DNA of 64,000 bases, taken from Octopus vulgaris (taxonomy: Eukaryota). The notes under the pieces were generated by a model, which saw only the letters and a program-made list of their open reading frames with translations, made no database searches and was not told where the DNA came from. The DNA is taken from assembly GCA_951406725.2 (NCBI GenBank), contig OX597833.1:62186001-62250000 (forward strand). The letters run 5' to 3'. The position numbers and the translations under genes were made by a program. Position 1 is the first letter of the stretch; every line of letters begins with the position of its first letter. Below are positions 14,685 to 25,959 of this stretch, one piece after another.

Positions 14685-15125
14685 GCTACTACTGCTACTA
14701 CTACAACTACTACTTGACAGCATTCACCCGGGGTGGGTTGAGCTGGCTTCATTCATCCTCAATGCTGCATCTCTCACCAACACCGACCAGGCCTGGCAAT
14801 TTGAGGCTAACGACCGCGTGATCTCCAACCACTCCTTATTCCAGTGGCAAACGCCGTAGATATGGGGGCCTAGGTTGGGTTCCAGATCAGCCTTGACTGT
14901 CATCAGCCAGGTTTTTCGTTGTCCACCACATCGCTTTCGCCAACTCTGAAGGGGAGCTGGGGCAATTGCTTCGTAGATGAATTCTCCTGGTTGACGAGAG
15001 AGGGCATGACCCAGCCAACACAGACGTTTCATTAGGATGACTTGTCAGAAGGGGTTGATTCTGCACTGGTGTCGCACTGAATTGTTGGAGACAAAGTGAT
15101 GCCATTGGATACGAAGGATGCACCT
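14685..15125 (-). mobile_element. 3' end of a second RTE-like LINE
   Basis: KRLCWLGHALSR...RKRCGGQRKTWLMTVKADLE...W followed by a stop and a (GTA)n tail. Confidence 0.75.
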
Positions 15126-15129
15126 TCAA

Positions 15130-15468
15130 AACGTTAGCACACCGGGCGAAATGCTTAGCAGTATTTCATCTGCCATTACGTTTTGAGTTCAAATTCCGCC
15201 GAGGTCGACTATGCCTTTCACCCTTTCAGGGTCGATAAATTAAGTACCAGTTATGCACTGGGGTCGATATAAACGACTTAATCCATTTGTCTGTCCTTCT
15301 TTGTCCTCTCTGTGTTTAGCCCCTTGTGGGCAATAAAGAAATAGGTATTTCATCTGCTGTTACGTTCTGAGTTCAAATTCCGCCGAGGTTGGCTTTGCCT
15401 TTCATCCTTTCGGGATCGATTAAATAAGTACCAGTTACGCACTGGGGTCGATATAATCGACTTAATCC
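15130..15468 (+). mobile_element. SINE family A, tandem dimer (second unit truncated)
   Basis: B-box GAGTTCAAATTCC present twice; unit junction AAGAAATA|GGTATTTC at ~15336-15351. Confidence 0.85.
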
Positions 15469-16274
15469 AATATATTAAATTTTAAATCATTATCTGTTGT
15501 CCTTGGGAAGTTATTGTCCATGGGGAGTAAATGTCCTAGACTCATTTCTCTCACACATCCTAGATCTCTGTCCTTGCTCTTATCTTCTGACTTGTGTTCT
15601 CTTCTATAATTGTCCTGTCTTCTTGGACACGTTGTCTTATGATATGTACATCCCATGATATCCACATGTCCCTCTTATCTCTCATCACTATCATTCATGT
15701 ATCTATCAATCATGCTTCTCACCCTGTTAAAAAAAAAAAAAGGTTAGCAAAGAAGCAGACTCATAGAGTCATGACGTCCCTTCAGACATGATGAGGACAT
15801 GGCTTCCTCTCTGGTAGTGGCGCACTTAGTACACTCTGTTTGGTTGGGGGTCCTCTTTGTTCTTGTTGACATGACACCTCTCTAGTGTTGGTGCCATGAA
15901 AATACTGCAGCCAGTGAACTCTGCTGGTTGTTGCATTTTGGAGACTTTCCCACATCAATAGAGAAGGAAACTCTCTCAGCTACATTGATGTCATTGGCAG
16001 ACACATGCAACATGTGAGGATATACCGAAATTAATAGGGAGCAGAGGTTCTTGGACTGGCATGGAGAAATACATCCTTGTTGCAGTTGCTTGAAATGTGT
16101 GTGTGTATTTGAAGAAAGGGTTTCTCAAAAGTCATTTACTACTTGTAAAAAAAAGCTTAGAAAAACAGAATGATATGAACATGTCAGTCGTGTACTTAAA
16201 AAACCAAACAACAAAGGTGCTTACACTCACAATACAAAAGCTTCATTTCAAAAGGTTTGTGTCAGTCTGTTTTT

Positions 16275-16637
16275 CCAGAGCGTGATTGTTGCCAGAGCAG
16301 CCAACAGGCTTCCGTGCCAGTGGCACGTAAAAGGGCACCATTCTAGCGTGATCGTTACCAACGTCGCTTCACTAGCATCTGTGCCGGTGGCATGTGTAAA
16401 AGGATTCGAGTGAGGTCGTTGCCAGTACCGCCTGACTGGCCCCTGTGCCGGTGGCACGTAAAAAGCACCCACTACACTCTCGGAGTGGTTGGCATTAGGA
16501 AGGGCATCCGGTTGTAGAAACTCTGCCAGATCAAGATTGGAGCCTGGTGCAGCCATCTGGTTCACCAGTCCTCAGTCAAAATCGTCCAACCCATGCTAGC
16601 ATGGAGAGCGGATGTTAAACGATGATGATGATGATGA
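16275..16637 (+). mobile_element. (GAT)n-tailed element family C with internal ~60-66 bp unit array
   Basis: Units GCCAG..CTGGC..GTGCCGGTGGCACGTAAAAAGCACC, then GTTGGCGTTAGGAAGGGCATCCAGCTGTAGAAAC...AACGATGATGATG. About 20 copies in the window, e.g. 13050-13356, 21885-22156, 26110-26480, 27520-27920, 29250-29728, 30540-30830, 36525-36845, 38155-38700, 47078-47520, 59260-59686, 59728-60065. Confidence 0.85.
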
Positions 16638-17055
16638 TACTTTTAAGAAAATCTTTCTTCAAATATTGTCTGCATGAAGTATTTTTTGAAAAAATACTTT
16701 TAAATAAATGAGTGAATACACACACACTCTCTCTCTCACACATACACACACATATATACGCACGTTGCATGCATGCACATACCATCATCATTTAATGTCT
16801 ATCTTCCATACTGGTTGGATGTTTGATGGGATCTGACAGGTTGGAGGACTGTTATTCCCCAATGTCTGTTTTAGTATGGTTTCTGTGACTTAATACCTTT
16901 CCTGTTGCCAACCACTTTACCGAATGTACTCTGTACTTTTTCCATGGAACAAACACCTGTCAGATCATCCAACTTGCAAGACTAGGATCCCTCCCAACTG
17001 AGTGAGACTATAGTAGAGAGGGAGGCAGTTTTATGCTGGGAGTTAAGAGGTTTAA

Positions 17056-17525
17056 CCCTTTCGTTACTGTATTTATTTTGAGATGCTCTGTGTTTCCTTC
17101 AGTTACTTTAAATATAACAAAGAATTTAGTAAAATAACTTCGTTATCGTTAAGCTAGTGTTAGGAACATAAATTGTGATTAAGGTTTGGTGGAAGATTTT
17201 AATTCAAAACTTATGAAATCAAGACATTTGTACTGAGTCAGAGCTGGTTTCAGCTGGGTTGGTAACGAAAGGGTTAAGAATTGTTTCTCTATTATATATT
17301 TCAACCCATTTGTTAATGTATTTATTTTGAGAGGCTCTGTGTTTCTTTCAATTACTTTAAATATAATAAAGAATTTAGTAAAATAACTTAGTGATCATTA
17401 AGCTAGTGTTAGGAACATAAATTGTGACTTAGGTTTGGTGGAAGATTTTAATTCAAGACTTATGAAAACAAGACAAATGAACTACAGAGCCAGAGGCGGT
17501 TTTGGCCGGGTTGGTAATGAAAGGG
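17056..17525. mobile_element. Two adjacent piggyBac-type MITEs (17056-17273, 17305-17525)
   Basis: TTAA|CCCTTTCGTTAC ... GTAACGAAAGGG|TTAA termini; the second copy is a slightly decayed repeat of the first. Confidence 0.85.
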
Positions 17526-17719
17526 TTAAAACTTGACAGAATGCACAGGAACAGGTCTTTTGTTGTAGAGGTGATAGACACACGGCAGCCTTGCATTATA
17601 TAAGGATCAAGAGAGATTGGAAAGGAGATGAAAATGGTGGGGGTGATTTGTCAGTGTATCCTTAAGGTGTAAGTAGGGTGAATGGAAGAGAGAGTGGAGA
17701 CAGAAAACGAGAAAGGTGG

Positions 17720-18505
17720 GGCCTAGGCCAATGACTTTGTTTCTCTGCTGTTCTGTGTGCTGTCTTTTCTCCTTCTTTCCAGTTGGGTCCCTACTTTTGT
17801 CAGCTCAGCCTCAGAATCCTCTCCAACTGTTTTTAGGGTGTCCTCAGCAGGGCCAAATATGTAATGCAGGATGCTTGCTTCCTTTCAAACCTTTCTGTTC
17901 TACATCATACGCTTCCCCGAAGGAAGGCCTTCCTTTCCCAGGTCTTGTTAGTTTTGAATCATCATCAATGCTTCTATATGGAGCTGCAATGGCCCAGTGG
18001 TTAGGGCAGCGGACTCGCGGTCAGAGGATCGTGGTTTCGATTCCCAGACCAGGCGTTATGTGTGTTTTTTGAGGGAAAACACCTAACAGCTCCACGAGGC
18101 TCTGGCAGGGGGTGTTAGTGACCCCTGTTGTACTCTTTCGCCCCAACTTTCTCTCACTCTCTCTTCCTGTTTCTTGAGTAACGCTGCGATGGACTGGCAT
18201 CCCGTCCAGCTGGGGGGGAACACATACACTACAGAAACCGGGAAACCGGGCCCATGAGCCTGGCTAGGCTTGAAAAGGGTGATATTTATCATTTCATCAA
18301 TGCTTCTATTACTTAGCTTTCTCCTAGGTTGGAATGTTGGCCTTATGCAAACCCATTCTTACCTCTGAAAAGAAGTGATCCCTATTAGTCTGGACTCTGT
18401 TTGACCTGTCCAGCATGGGAGGCTCTACCAGAAGCTCGCTCTCCGCTGGCATAGCTCTCAGAGTCACTCCGAGACACACAAGCTACAACACTGCAACAGG
18501 CTGAG
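17720..18505 (-). mobile_element. Decayed, internally deleted RTE element (5' UTR ~18380-18505, 3' ORF remnant ~17720-17960)
   Basis: Minus strand reads CTGAGAGCTATGCCAGCGG...CTGGTAGAGCCTCCCATGCTGGACAGGTCAAA, resembling RTE 5' ends, and carries a GHPKNSWR..EAEL peptide remnant. Confidence 0.5.
17978..18293 (+). mobile_element. tRNA-derived SINE family D with 16-bp target site duplication
   Basis: A box TGGCCCAGTGG, B box GGTTTCGATTCCC. TSD TCATCAATGCTTCTAT at 17962-17977 and 18294-18309. Confidence 0.9.
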
Positions 18506-19216
18506 AGGTTCTCCTGGACATTTGAGAAAATCTATTTTCTGTGTATTCTTAACGTTTATTACTCATGCCCACATGCCACATACAAAGTCTGCTATCTCTG
18601 TTAACCTCTGCATGATTCCACGCCACTCCTTGTGTGTCCATATTTAAACTGGGTGCACCATATGGAATTTCTTCCCACTCTTTTCTACACACACACACAT
18701 GTCTATTGAATGTGTGTGTGTGTTATGTATGAAAAAGTTTAATAATAAACTGAATGAACCCTCAATACATTCCAGTAGAGCATAAGGTAAGGGTTAGCAA
18801 TGACCCTAAAGTTTTGGCTTACCAGACATCATTGCACTATCACCTAGACCATGTGAGGGCTGCTGGTAAGTTATACCCGGGGGCCTTAAGTAACACAAAG
18901 TTTCCCTCTTGATTTTTGGATCTGGAATTGGCAAAATAGGAAGGGCATCCAGCCATAGAAACACTGCCAGATCAGACTGGGCCTGGCGCAGCCTTCTGGC
19001 TTCCCAGACCCCAGTTGAACCGTCCAACCCATGCTAGCATGGAAAACAGATGTTAAACGATGATGATGAATACCAGAGAAATACTGGGGTCATTTTATCT
19101 GAATACAGCCCTCCATACTGGCCTCCTTGTGCTTAAATTAGAAATTATTCTACTTTGTTATACTCAACACAGCAATTGACTCAGTGCTGTTGTACTCAGT
19201 GCTATTAAACTATTAA

Positions 19217-19620
19217 ACTCAGCACTGCTATTTTACTCAACATTGATATTAAACTCAGCACTGATATCATACACTCAACATGTTATATGCAACAGTTATT
19301 ACTCAGTGCCAGTATTGTGCTCAACAATACTATTATATTCACTCAATATTGCTATTGTGCTCAACACTGCAATTTTGTCAACATTGTCATTATACTCAGC
19401 TGTAGTGTTGGACTCAGCACTGCTATTTTACTCAGCATTGATATTAAACTCAGCACTGATATCATACACTCAACATGTTATATACAACAGTTATTACTCA
19501 GTGCCAGTATTGTGCTCAACAATACTATTATATTCACTCAATATTGCTATTGTGCTCAACACTGCAATTTTGTCAACATTGTCATTATACTCAGCTGTAG
19601 TGTTGGACTCAGCACTACTT
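19217..19620 (+). repeat. 195-bp tandem duplication built from ~18-21 bp ACTCA-core subunits
   Basis: ACTCAGCACT recurs at 19217, 19412 and 19607, and the two units are nearly identical. Confidence 0.9.
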
Positions 19621-19884
19621 TTTCCCTCAAGACTGAGTCTTTACATTTGACATTCTTAGTGATGAAATCTATGACTTTTTTAAGGACCAAACTTCATAAG
19701 GACCACATTGTGTTTGATTCAACAAGGGAGTTTCTGTGTTGTTCAGCATGCTCAAAATGAGTTAAATCTCCCTCAAATTACATAGTCTGCTGTTTTGAAA
19801 AGAAGGGCACTTTCTATGGTGTAGGCTAGTGATGCTCGGCCTGGGGGGTCTATATGGCCCTGAAGGATCCATATAGGATTTTAG

Positions 19885-20314
19885 GGATCTTTTCGGTTTG
19901 AACAGCAGTTTTTTCTAGCGGTGTCATATGAAAATTGTCACCCATAATTATGACCCTAGTATCGATCTATTGCATTTCAATCTGTTTTAAGGTTAGGGTT
20001 AGTTAGGGTTAGGGGTGGGGGGAAGGGTATATTTTTTTCTTCAGAAATGTAAATAAACCCAATCTGTTTCTTAAACGAGGGACATATTCATACGTTACAG
20101 AATGTTTTCACCTCAATAGACGTCATTGATTGGTTGAAATTGCAGAAATTGAAGAAGAAAAAAAACAACAAATATCTACAAACTGTAGAATTTTCTCAAT
20201 GAAGCCAAGAGAAAAAGATGTTTTATAAACACATTCTACCCGTATACGAAGTTTAAAAGTGTTTAGTTACGTGGAAATTATTTTAAAAAACTGCTGTTCA
20301 AACCGAAAAAATAC
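19885..20314. mobile_element. MITE with GG-initiated TIRs, 8-bp TSD and internal TTAGGG repeats (Merlin-like)
   Basis: TIR GGATCTTTTCGGTTTGAACAGCAGTTTTT. TSD GATTTTAG at 19877-19884 and 20315-20322. Confidence 0.8.
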
Positions 20315-21850
20315 GATTTTAGAAAAATTTATGTACAATAAATTGTTTATATTTCTACAATACAAAATCTATCTTAATTTTTCTTAATTTTCCTAATAGT
20401 ATTTAATTATATAAATACATTGGGATGTTTTTAAACATTGGAAGCATCAAATGACTATGAGGGGCCACCTGAGTAAACCAGGATTCAAAGGGGTCCATCA
20501 TCATCATCATCATCATTAAAATCCACTTTCCATACTGGCATGGGTTGGACGATTTTGACTGAGGGCTGGCGAACCAGACGGCCGTACCAGGCTCCAATCT
20601 TGACCTGGCAGAGTTTCTACAGCTGGATGCCCTTCCTAATGCCAACCACTCTGAGAGTGTAGTGGGTGCTTTTTACATGCCACCCCCATAGGTAGAAAAA
20701 TGGTCAAGAACCACTGATGTAGACCAAGATAAGATAGACAAAGAAAAGACTTTATAACTGCTACAGCTCCTTCTTCTAGAACGGGTTCCCAACCAGTGGT
20801 CCCCAATATCCTGTCAGGGGTGGGGGTTGTGTATCCTTGCTACAAGTGGCTTGAGTTAATATTAACTTCAACTCATCAATTACATTTTCTATACTCTGCT
20901 GATAGTAGGGCGTCATGTGGGTTTCAAGCTTTTGGGTAAGGGGTTGCGAGTGCAAAAACTTCAGGAACCGCTGTTCTAGAAATAATAGCTATATGTCCTC
21001 AAATACACACACTGCTGTCTGAAAGTATGAAGATCACCTTGGAAAATGCAATATTTGTTATTTCGAAAAGACAGAATGGTCATGGCTGGCAAGACCTTTG
21101 TTCTTAGGCCTGTTTGATTGCAGCCAATCTGTGGGCTAAACAAGTGCTTTGTTTTTCTGTCTTTCTTTTCTGCTGGAGTGAGAGAGAGATTGATCTTGTT
21201 TCAGACTGTGGCCTTGCTGGAGCACCACCCAGAATTTTTAGTTGAATGAATCAACCTCAGTAGTTCTTTTTTAAAGCCTGGTACTTACTTTATCGGTCTC
21301 TTTTGCCGATATGGGGATGCAAACACACCAACACTGTTTGTCACCTACACACACACAAACATATACGACGGGCTTCTTTCAGTTTCCATTTACCAAGTTT
21401 TCACTCACAAGGCTTTGGTTGGATATAGTAGAAGGCACTTGCCCAAGGTGCCACACAGTGAGACCATGTGGTTGGAAAGCAAGCTTCTTACCACACAGCT
21501 GCTCCTATGTATAAATATATATATATATATGTGTGTGTATATATATATATATATATTCTTCTCTTTTATTCTTTTATTTGTTTCAGTCATTTGACTGTGG
21601 TCTTGCTGGAGCACTGCCTTTAGTTGAACAAATCGACCCCAGGACTTATTCTTTTGCAAGCCTAGTACTTATTCTATCGGTCTTTTTTGCCGAACAGTTA
21701 AGTTACAGGGATGTAAACACACCCAGCATTGGTTGTCAAGTGATGGTGGGTAGGGAGGACAGGCACAGACCCACACAAACACATACACACACACACACAA
21801 AGCCACTATTAGGCAAAAACTTAAGTTTGAATTTATTCCCTAATATTTAT

Positions 21851-21885
<35 letters not shown>

Positions 21886-22699
21886 CATCATCATCATCAT
21901 CATCGTTTAACGTCTGTTTTCTTCGCTAGCATGGGTTGGACGGTTCGACCGGGGTCTGGGAAGCCAGGGGCTGCACCAGGCTCCAGACTGATCTGGCAGT
22001 GTTTCTACAGCTGGATGCCCTTCCTAACGCCAACCACTCTGCGAGTGTAGTGGGTGCTTTTTACGTGCCACCTGCACAGGTGCCAGGGGGGGAGGGGTCT
22101 GGCATCGGCCACGATCGGTTGGTGCTTTTAACGTGCCACTGGCACGGAAGCCAGCCAGTATATATATATATATATATATATACACACGACAGGCTTCTTT
22201 CAGTTTCCGTCTACCAAATATATATATGTATGTATGTATGGAGAGAGAGAGAGAGAGAGTCAGAGCTGCCGATATTGTAAGTGTGAACTGTGTGAACCGA
22301 CATAACCTCAACTATTAGTGCCGCCAACACCATCACTTCACCACCACCACCACTGCTAGCCGGGGGGGGGGGGTAGGCAGGCAGGCAGACAGACGGGCCA
22401 TAGTAGCAGCAGACAACCACCATTACTGTATTCCTCCAAGAAGAAGAGATTCTCCTTGATAATTGTTTCAGTACCAACATTGTTAGATTTCTTTATATTT
22501 TGTTGCCTGGTGGTCGGTGGTGGTGGTCGTTAACCCACTTCCACCACCACCACCACCACCGCATTCTTCTTCTTTTTTTTCTCCTTCGTTCCTCCTCTTC
22601 TGTCTCCTCCTCCTTCGTTCCTCTTCTCTTCCTTCCTTCTTCCTCATCTCCTCCACTTCTTTTTCATTCTGCTTCCTCATTCCCCTCATTCCCCTTCAG

Positions 22700-22814
22700 T
22701 CTTTTGAATTCTTCCACTTCTTCTTCTTCTTCTTCTTCTTCCTCCTTCTTCTTCTTCTTCTTCCTCCTTCTTCCTCTTCTTCTTCTTCCTCCTCTTCTTT
22801 CTTCTTCTTCTTCT

Positions 22815-22859
<45 letters not shown>

Positions 22860-23179
22860 TTTTCTTCTTCTTCTCCTCCTTCTTCTTCTTCTTCTTCTTC
22901 TTCTTCTTCTTCTTCTTCCTCCTTCTTTCCTTTCTTCTTCTTCTTCCTCCTTCTTCCTTTCTTCTTCTTCCTCCTTCTTCCTTTCTTCTTCTTCCTCCTT
23001 CTTCCTTTCTTCTTCTTCCTCCTTTCTTCTTCTTCTTCTTCCTCCTTTTTTCCTTTCTTCTTCTTCTTCCCTCCTTCTTTCCTTTCTTCTTCTTCTTCCC
23101 TCCTTCTTTCCTTTCTTCTTCTTCTTCTTCCCTCCTTCTTTCCTTTCTTCTTCTCTTTCTTTCCTATTCCTTCTTCTCT

Positions 23180-23211
<32 letters not shown>

Positions 23212-23350
23212 ATTCTTCTTTCCTTTCTTCTTTCTTATTCCTTTCTTCTTCTTCTTTCTTTCCTTTCTTCTTCTTCTTCCTTCTTCTTCTTCTTCTTCTT
23301 CTTCTTCTTCTTCTTCTTCTTCTTCTCTTTCTTCTTTACTTTCTTCTTCT
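22700..23350 (+). repeat. Long (TTC)n-rich polypyrimidine tract
   Basis: About 650 bp of almost purine-free TTC/CTC repeats. Confidence 0.97.
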
Positions 23351-23351
23351 T

Positions 23352-23680
23352 GGACTACATTATCTAAGGTGTCCTTCCTTGTTGTTTAATTCTAGGTCAA
23401 CCCTGATCCATGACTAATGACATTCCAGCTGTGACCATCCCATTTTTTTAAAAATTCAAACATAGTGTAACTAGGATTATATTATCTAACGTGTCCTTCC
23501 TTATTGTTTTAACCTAGGTCAACCCTGATACAGCTGACCGATGACTAACGACATTCCAGCTGTGACCATCCCATCTTTTATTCAAGCATAGTGTATCTCA
23601 GACTATATTTAAGTGTTCTTCCTTGTTGTTTAGCTCTCATTCAAACCTAATCTAGCGGACCCATGATCAACAGCATTCTA
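23352..23680 (+). repeat. Tandem ~120-130 bp copies of a dispersed repeat (also ~43265, ~54600, ~54900)
   Basis: Recurrent TAGGTCAACCCTGAT...ACATTCCAGCTGTGACCATCCC...ACATTATCTAA.GTGTCCTTCCTT. Confidence 0.7.
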
Positions 23681-23692
23681 ACCTAAACCCTT

Positions 23693-23879
23693 TAATTATT
23701 TACATTATTTACATTTGACAGATATTTGTCCTCATCCTGTTTGTTAACACAATGTTTTGGCTGATATACCCTCAAGGGCTTCATCAGGTGTCTTGAGGGG
23801 AAATTTCGAACCTGGGTTCTCATTTCTAGGATATTTTTCGATGTTGTTGTTATCATAATTATTATTATTATTATTATTA

Positions 23880-23915
<36 letters not shown>

Positions 23916-24266
23916 TCACTGCCTGGAATTGAACTCGGAATCTTGGGGGTCAGTAGCCTGTTCTCTTAATCACTACGCCAAATGCCCACGGACATATGGT
24001 GTAGTGGTTAAGAGCATGGGCTACTAACCCCAAGATTCCGAGTTCAATTCCAGGCAGTGACCTGAATAATAATAATTATAAATATAATAACATCAAAAAA
24101 TACCCTAGGAATGAGAGCCCAGGTTCGAAATTTCCCCAAGACACCTGATGAAGGCTGGAGGTTATATCAGCTGAAACGTTGTGTTAACAACAAACAAGAT
24201 GAGGACAAATATCCATCAATTGTAAATAATGTACATAATTCCTCATCCCCTAAATATAGAACTGTA
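23693..24266. mobile_element. Palindromic tRNA-headed, hammerhead-bearing non-autonomous retroelement (Penelope-like tail)
   Basis: Arms 23694-23987 and 23990-24240 are reverse complements. Each arm is a tRNA-like head, then (AAT)n, then a ~150 bp tail. Flanked by CTAAACCC(C)TT direct repeats. Confidence 0.8.
24141..24184 (+). ncRNA. Minimal type I hammerhead ribozyme motif
   Basis: ACAC CTGATGA A GGCTG gaggttatat CAGCT GAA ACGT T GTGT: stem I ACAC/GTGT, palindromic stem III ACGT, GUU triplet. The inverted partner at 23747-23791 has GAAACG mutated to AAAACA. Confidence 0.7.
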
Positions 24267-24901
24267 CTAAACCCCTTAACATTCAAATTTCTCCATCAAA
24301 TGTTAGGCTTATTTGTCCATATTGTTTTTGAATTCATCATACGTCGTCTCGTGGTTTTGAGGTTTCAATGATGTGATTGTTCATTTTTAGAATGACCTTG
24401 TATGATAGGTGTGAGAGGTTGGATCTGGCCACTTTGAACATAAAACTAGTAGAATATTTGGCCTGGATATGGCTGCTTTAAATGCTAAAGGATTAAACAC
24501 CTTGCTTTCTTTTTAGGGGTCTAGTTTATGTAGGATTGCACTATTCAGGTGTCCTTGTTTTGTTTTTGTTAAGATGTTAGGGATGTGAAATGAGAGGGAA
24601 TTTAGCTGTTATTTCTAACAGGGCAACTGACCATGAAGAGCCTTCCTCATTAGTTCTGATGTAATCCTGTAGGCTGTGTGATTTGGGTTTGATATATGAC
24701 AGATTAAAGATTGATGGATGGATGGCCATCATTCATTATTCATGAATAGTGTAGAGCAGTGGTGGCGGTGGGGGTGAAGTGATAGAACTTGATCATCTCT
24801 GTATGTGAAAGGTTGGAATGAGACAGTTAGATGCTGATGGTTTTGCACGGCTGACTGAACATCCAACCTGTTTTGGAGATGGTACTTTTTGGCATACATT
24901 T

Positions 24902-25315
24902 AGGCGCAGGAGTGGCTGTGTGGTAAGTAGCTTGCTAACCAGCCACATGGTTCCTGGTTCAGTCCCACTGCGTGGCATCTTGGGCAAGTGTCTTCTCTAT
25001 AGCCCCGGGCCGACCTATGCCTTGTGAGTGGATTTGGTAGACGGAAACTGAAAGAAACCTGTCATATATATATATGTATATATATGTGTGTGTATGTGTT
25101 TGTGTGTCTGTGTTTGTCCCCCTAGCATTGCTTGACAACCGATGCTGGTGTGTTTACGTCCCCGTCTCTTAGCGGTTCGGCAAAAGAGACTGATAGAATA
25201 AGTACTAAGTACTGGGCTTACAAAGAATAAGTCCTGGGGTCGATTTGCTCGACTAAAGGCGGTGCTCCAGCATGGCCGCAGTCAAATGACTGAAACAAGT
25301 AAAAGAGTAAAGAGT
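24902..25315 (+). mobile_element. Full-length tRNA-derived SINE family B (CORE-like, internal (TA)/(TG) tract)
   Basis: Head GGCGCAGGAGTGGCTGTGTGGTAAG...GGTTCAGTCCC...TTGGGCAAGTGTCTT, tail GGCGGTGCTCCAGCATGGCC...AGTAAAAGAGTAAAG. Other copies at 44247-44670 (+), 63215-63600 (-), 53860-54260 (-), 21200-21790 (-), 61968-62135 (+) and many partial ones. Confidence 0.9.
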
Positions 25316-25369
25316 ACATACAGAGACACATGAGAGGGAGAGAGGTTGCAGTTTATTTATCTTTTATTT

Positions 25370-25959
25370 GCAGCGTGGAAGGTGTTTATAAGCCATTTAA
25401 GAAATGCACAAAATCCGTTAGATTCACTTCAAAATTTTAATTTAATTTGTCAAAATATTTTTGTCGCTTTGAGACCGCGACCTCTTCACTGCAGCACTGT
25501 TTTTAAGTGATCAAAATTAAAATGTTTCATCAAATTTTATGTAAATTTAAGTTCCAAACACCAGCTAAATAATAAGTTTATTTTAGGAAATTCTTCGTTA
25601 TTTTCAGAATTAACTAAAACAAATGTAGTGTATTTACTGAGATGTACTTGCATAGCAAGTGACTTGATCTGAGATCGTGTGCTGGAACGAAAACAATTGC
25701 AGCGTGGAAGGTGTTTATAAGTCATTTAAGAAATACACAGAAACCATTAGATTCACTTCAACATTAAGTTTTGTCAGTGAACAGGTCGCGGTCTCAAAGC
25801 ACTGAAAATATTTTGACAAATTAAATTAAAATTTTGAAGTGAATCTAAAGGATTTTGTGTGTTTCTTAAATGGCTTATAAACACCTTCCACGCTGCAATT
25901 GTTTTCGTTCCAGCACACGCTCTCAGATCAGGTCACTTGCTATGCAAGTACATCTCCGT
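25370..25959. mobile_element. Long-TIR foldback DNA element plus an adjacent partial copy
   Basis: ~120 bp inverted repeats GAGATGTACTTGCATAGCAAGTGAC... at ~25639-25761 and ~25834-25956; a third partial arm at 25370-25490. Confidence 0.75.

Noticed and set aside
19243-19760. 135 and 157 aa ORFs with an internal repeat
   Set aside because: They result from a 195-bp (multiple of 3) tandem duplication and lack coding features.
23990-24062. Functional tRNA gene
   Set aside because: Acceptor and T stems do not pair properly, and it is part of a repeat arm, so it is treated as a tRNA-derived head. The same applies to the SINE B and D heads.
25770-25820. Hammerhead-like fold TTGTCA GTGAACA GGTCGC...GAAAATATT TTGACAA
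   Set aside because: Both copies (also ~25445-25492) have GTGA instead of CTGA, and stem II or GAAA is broken.
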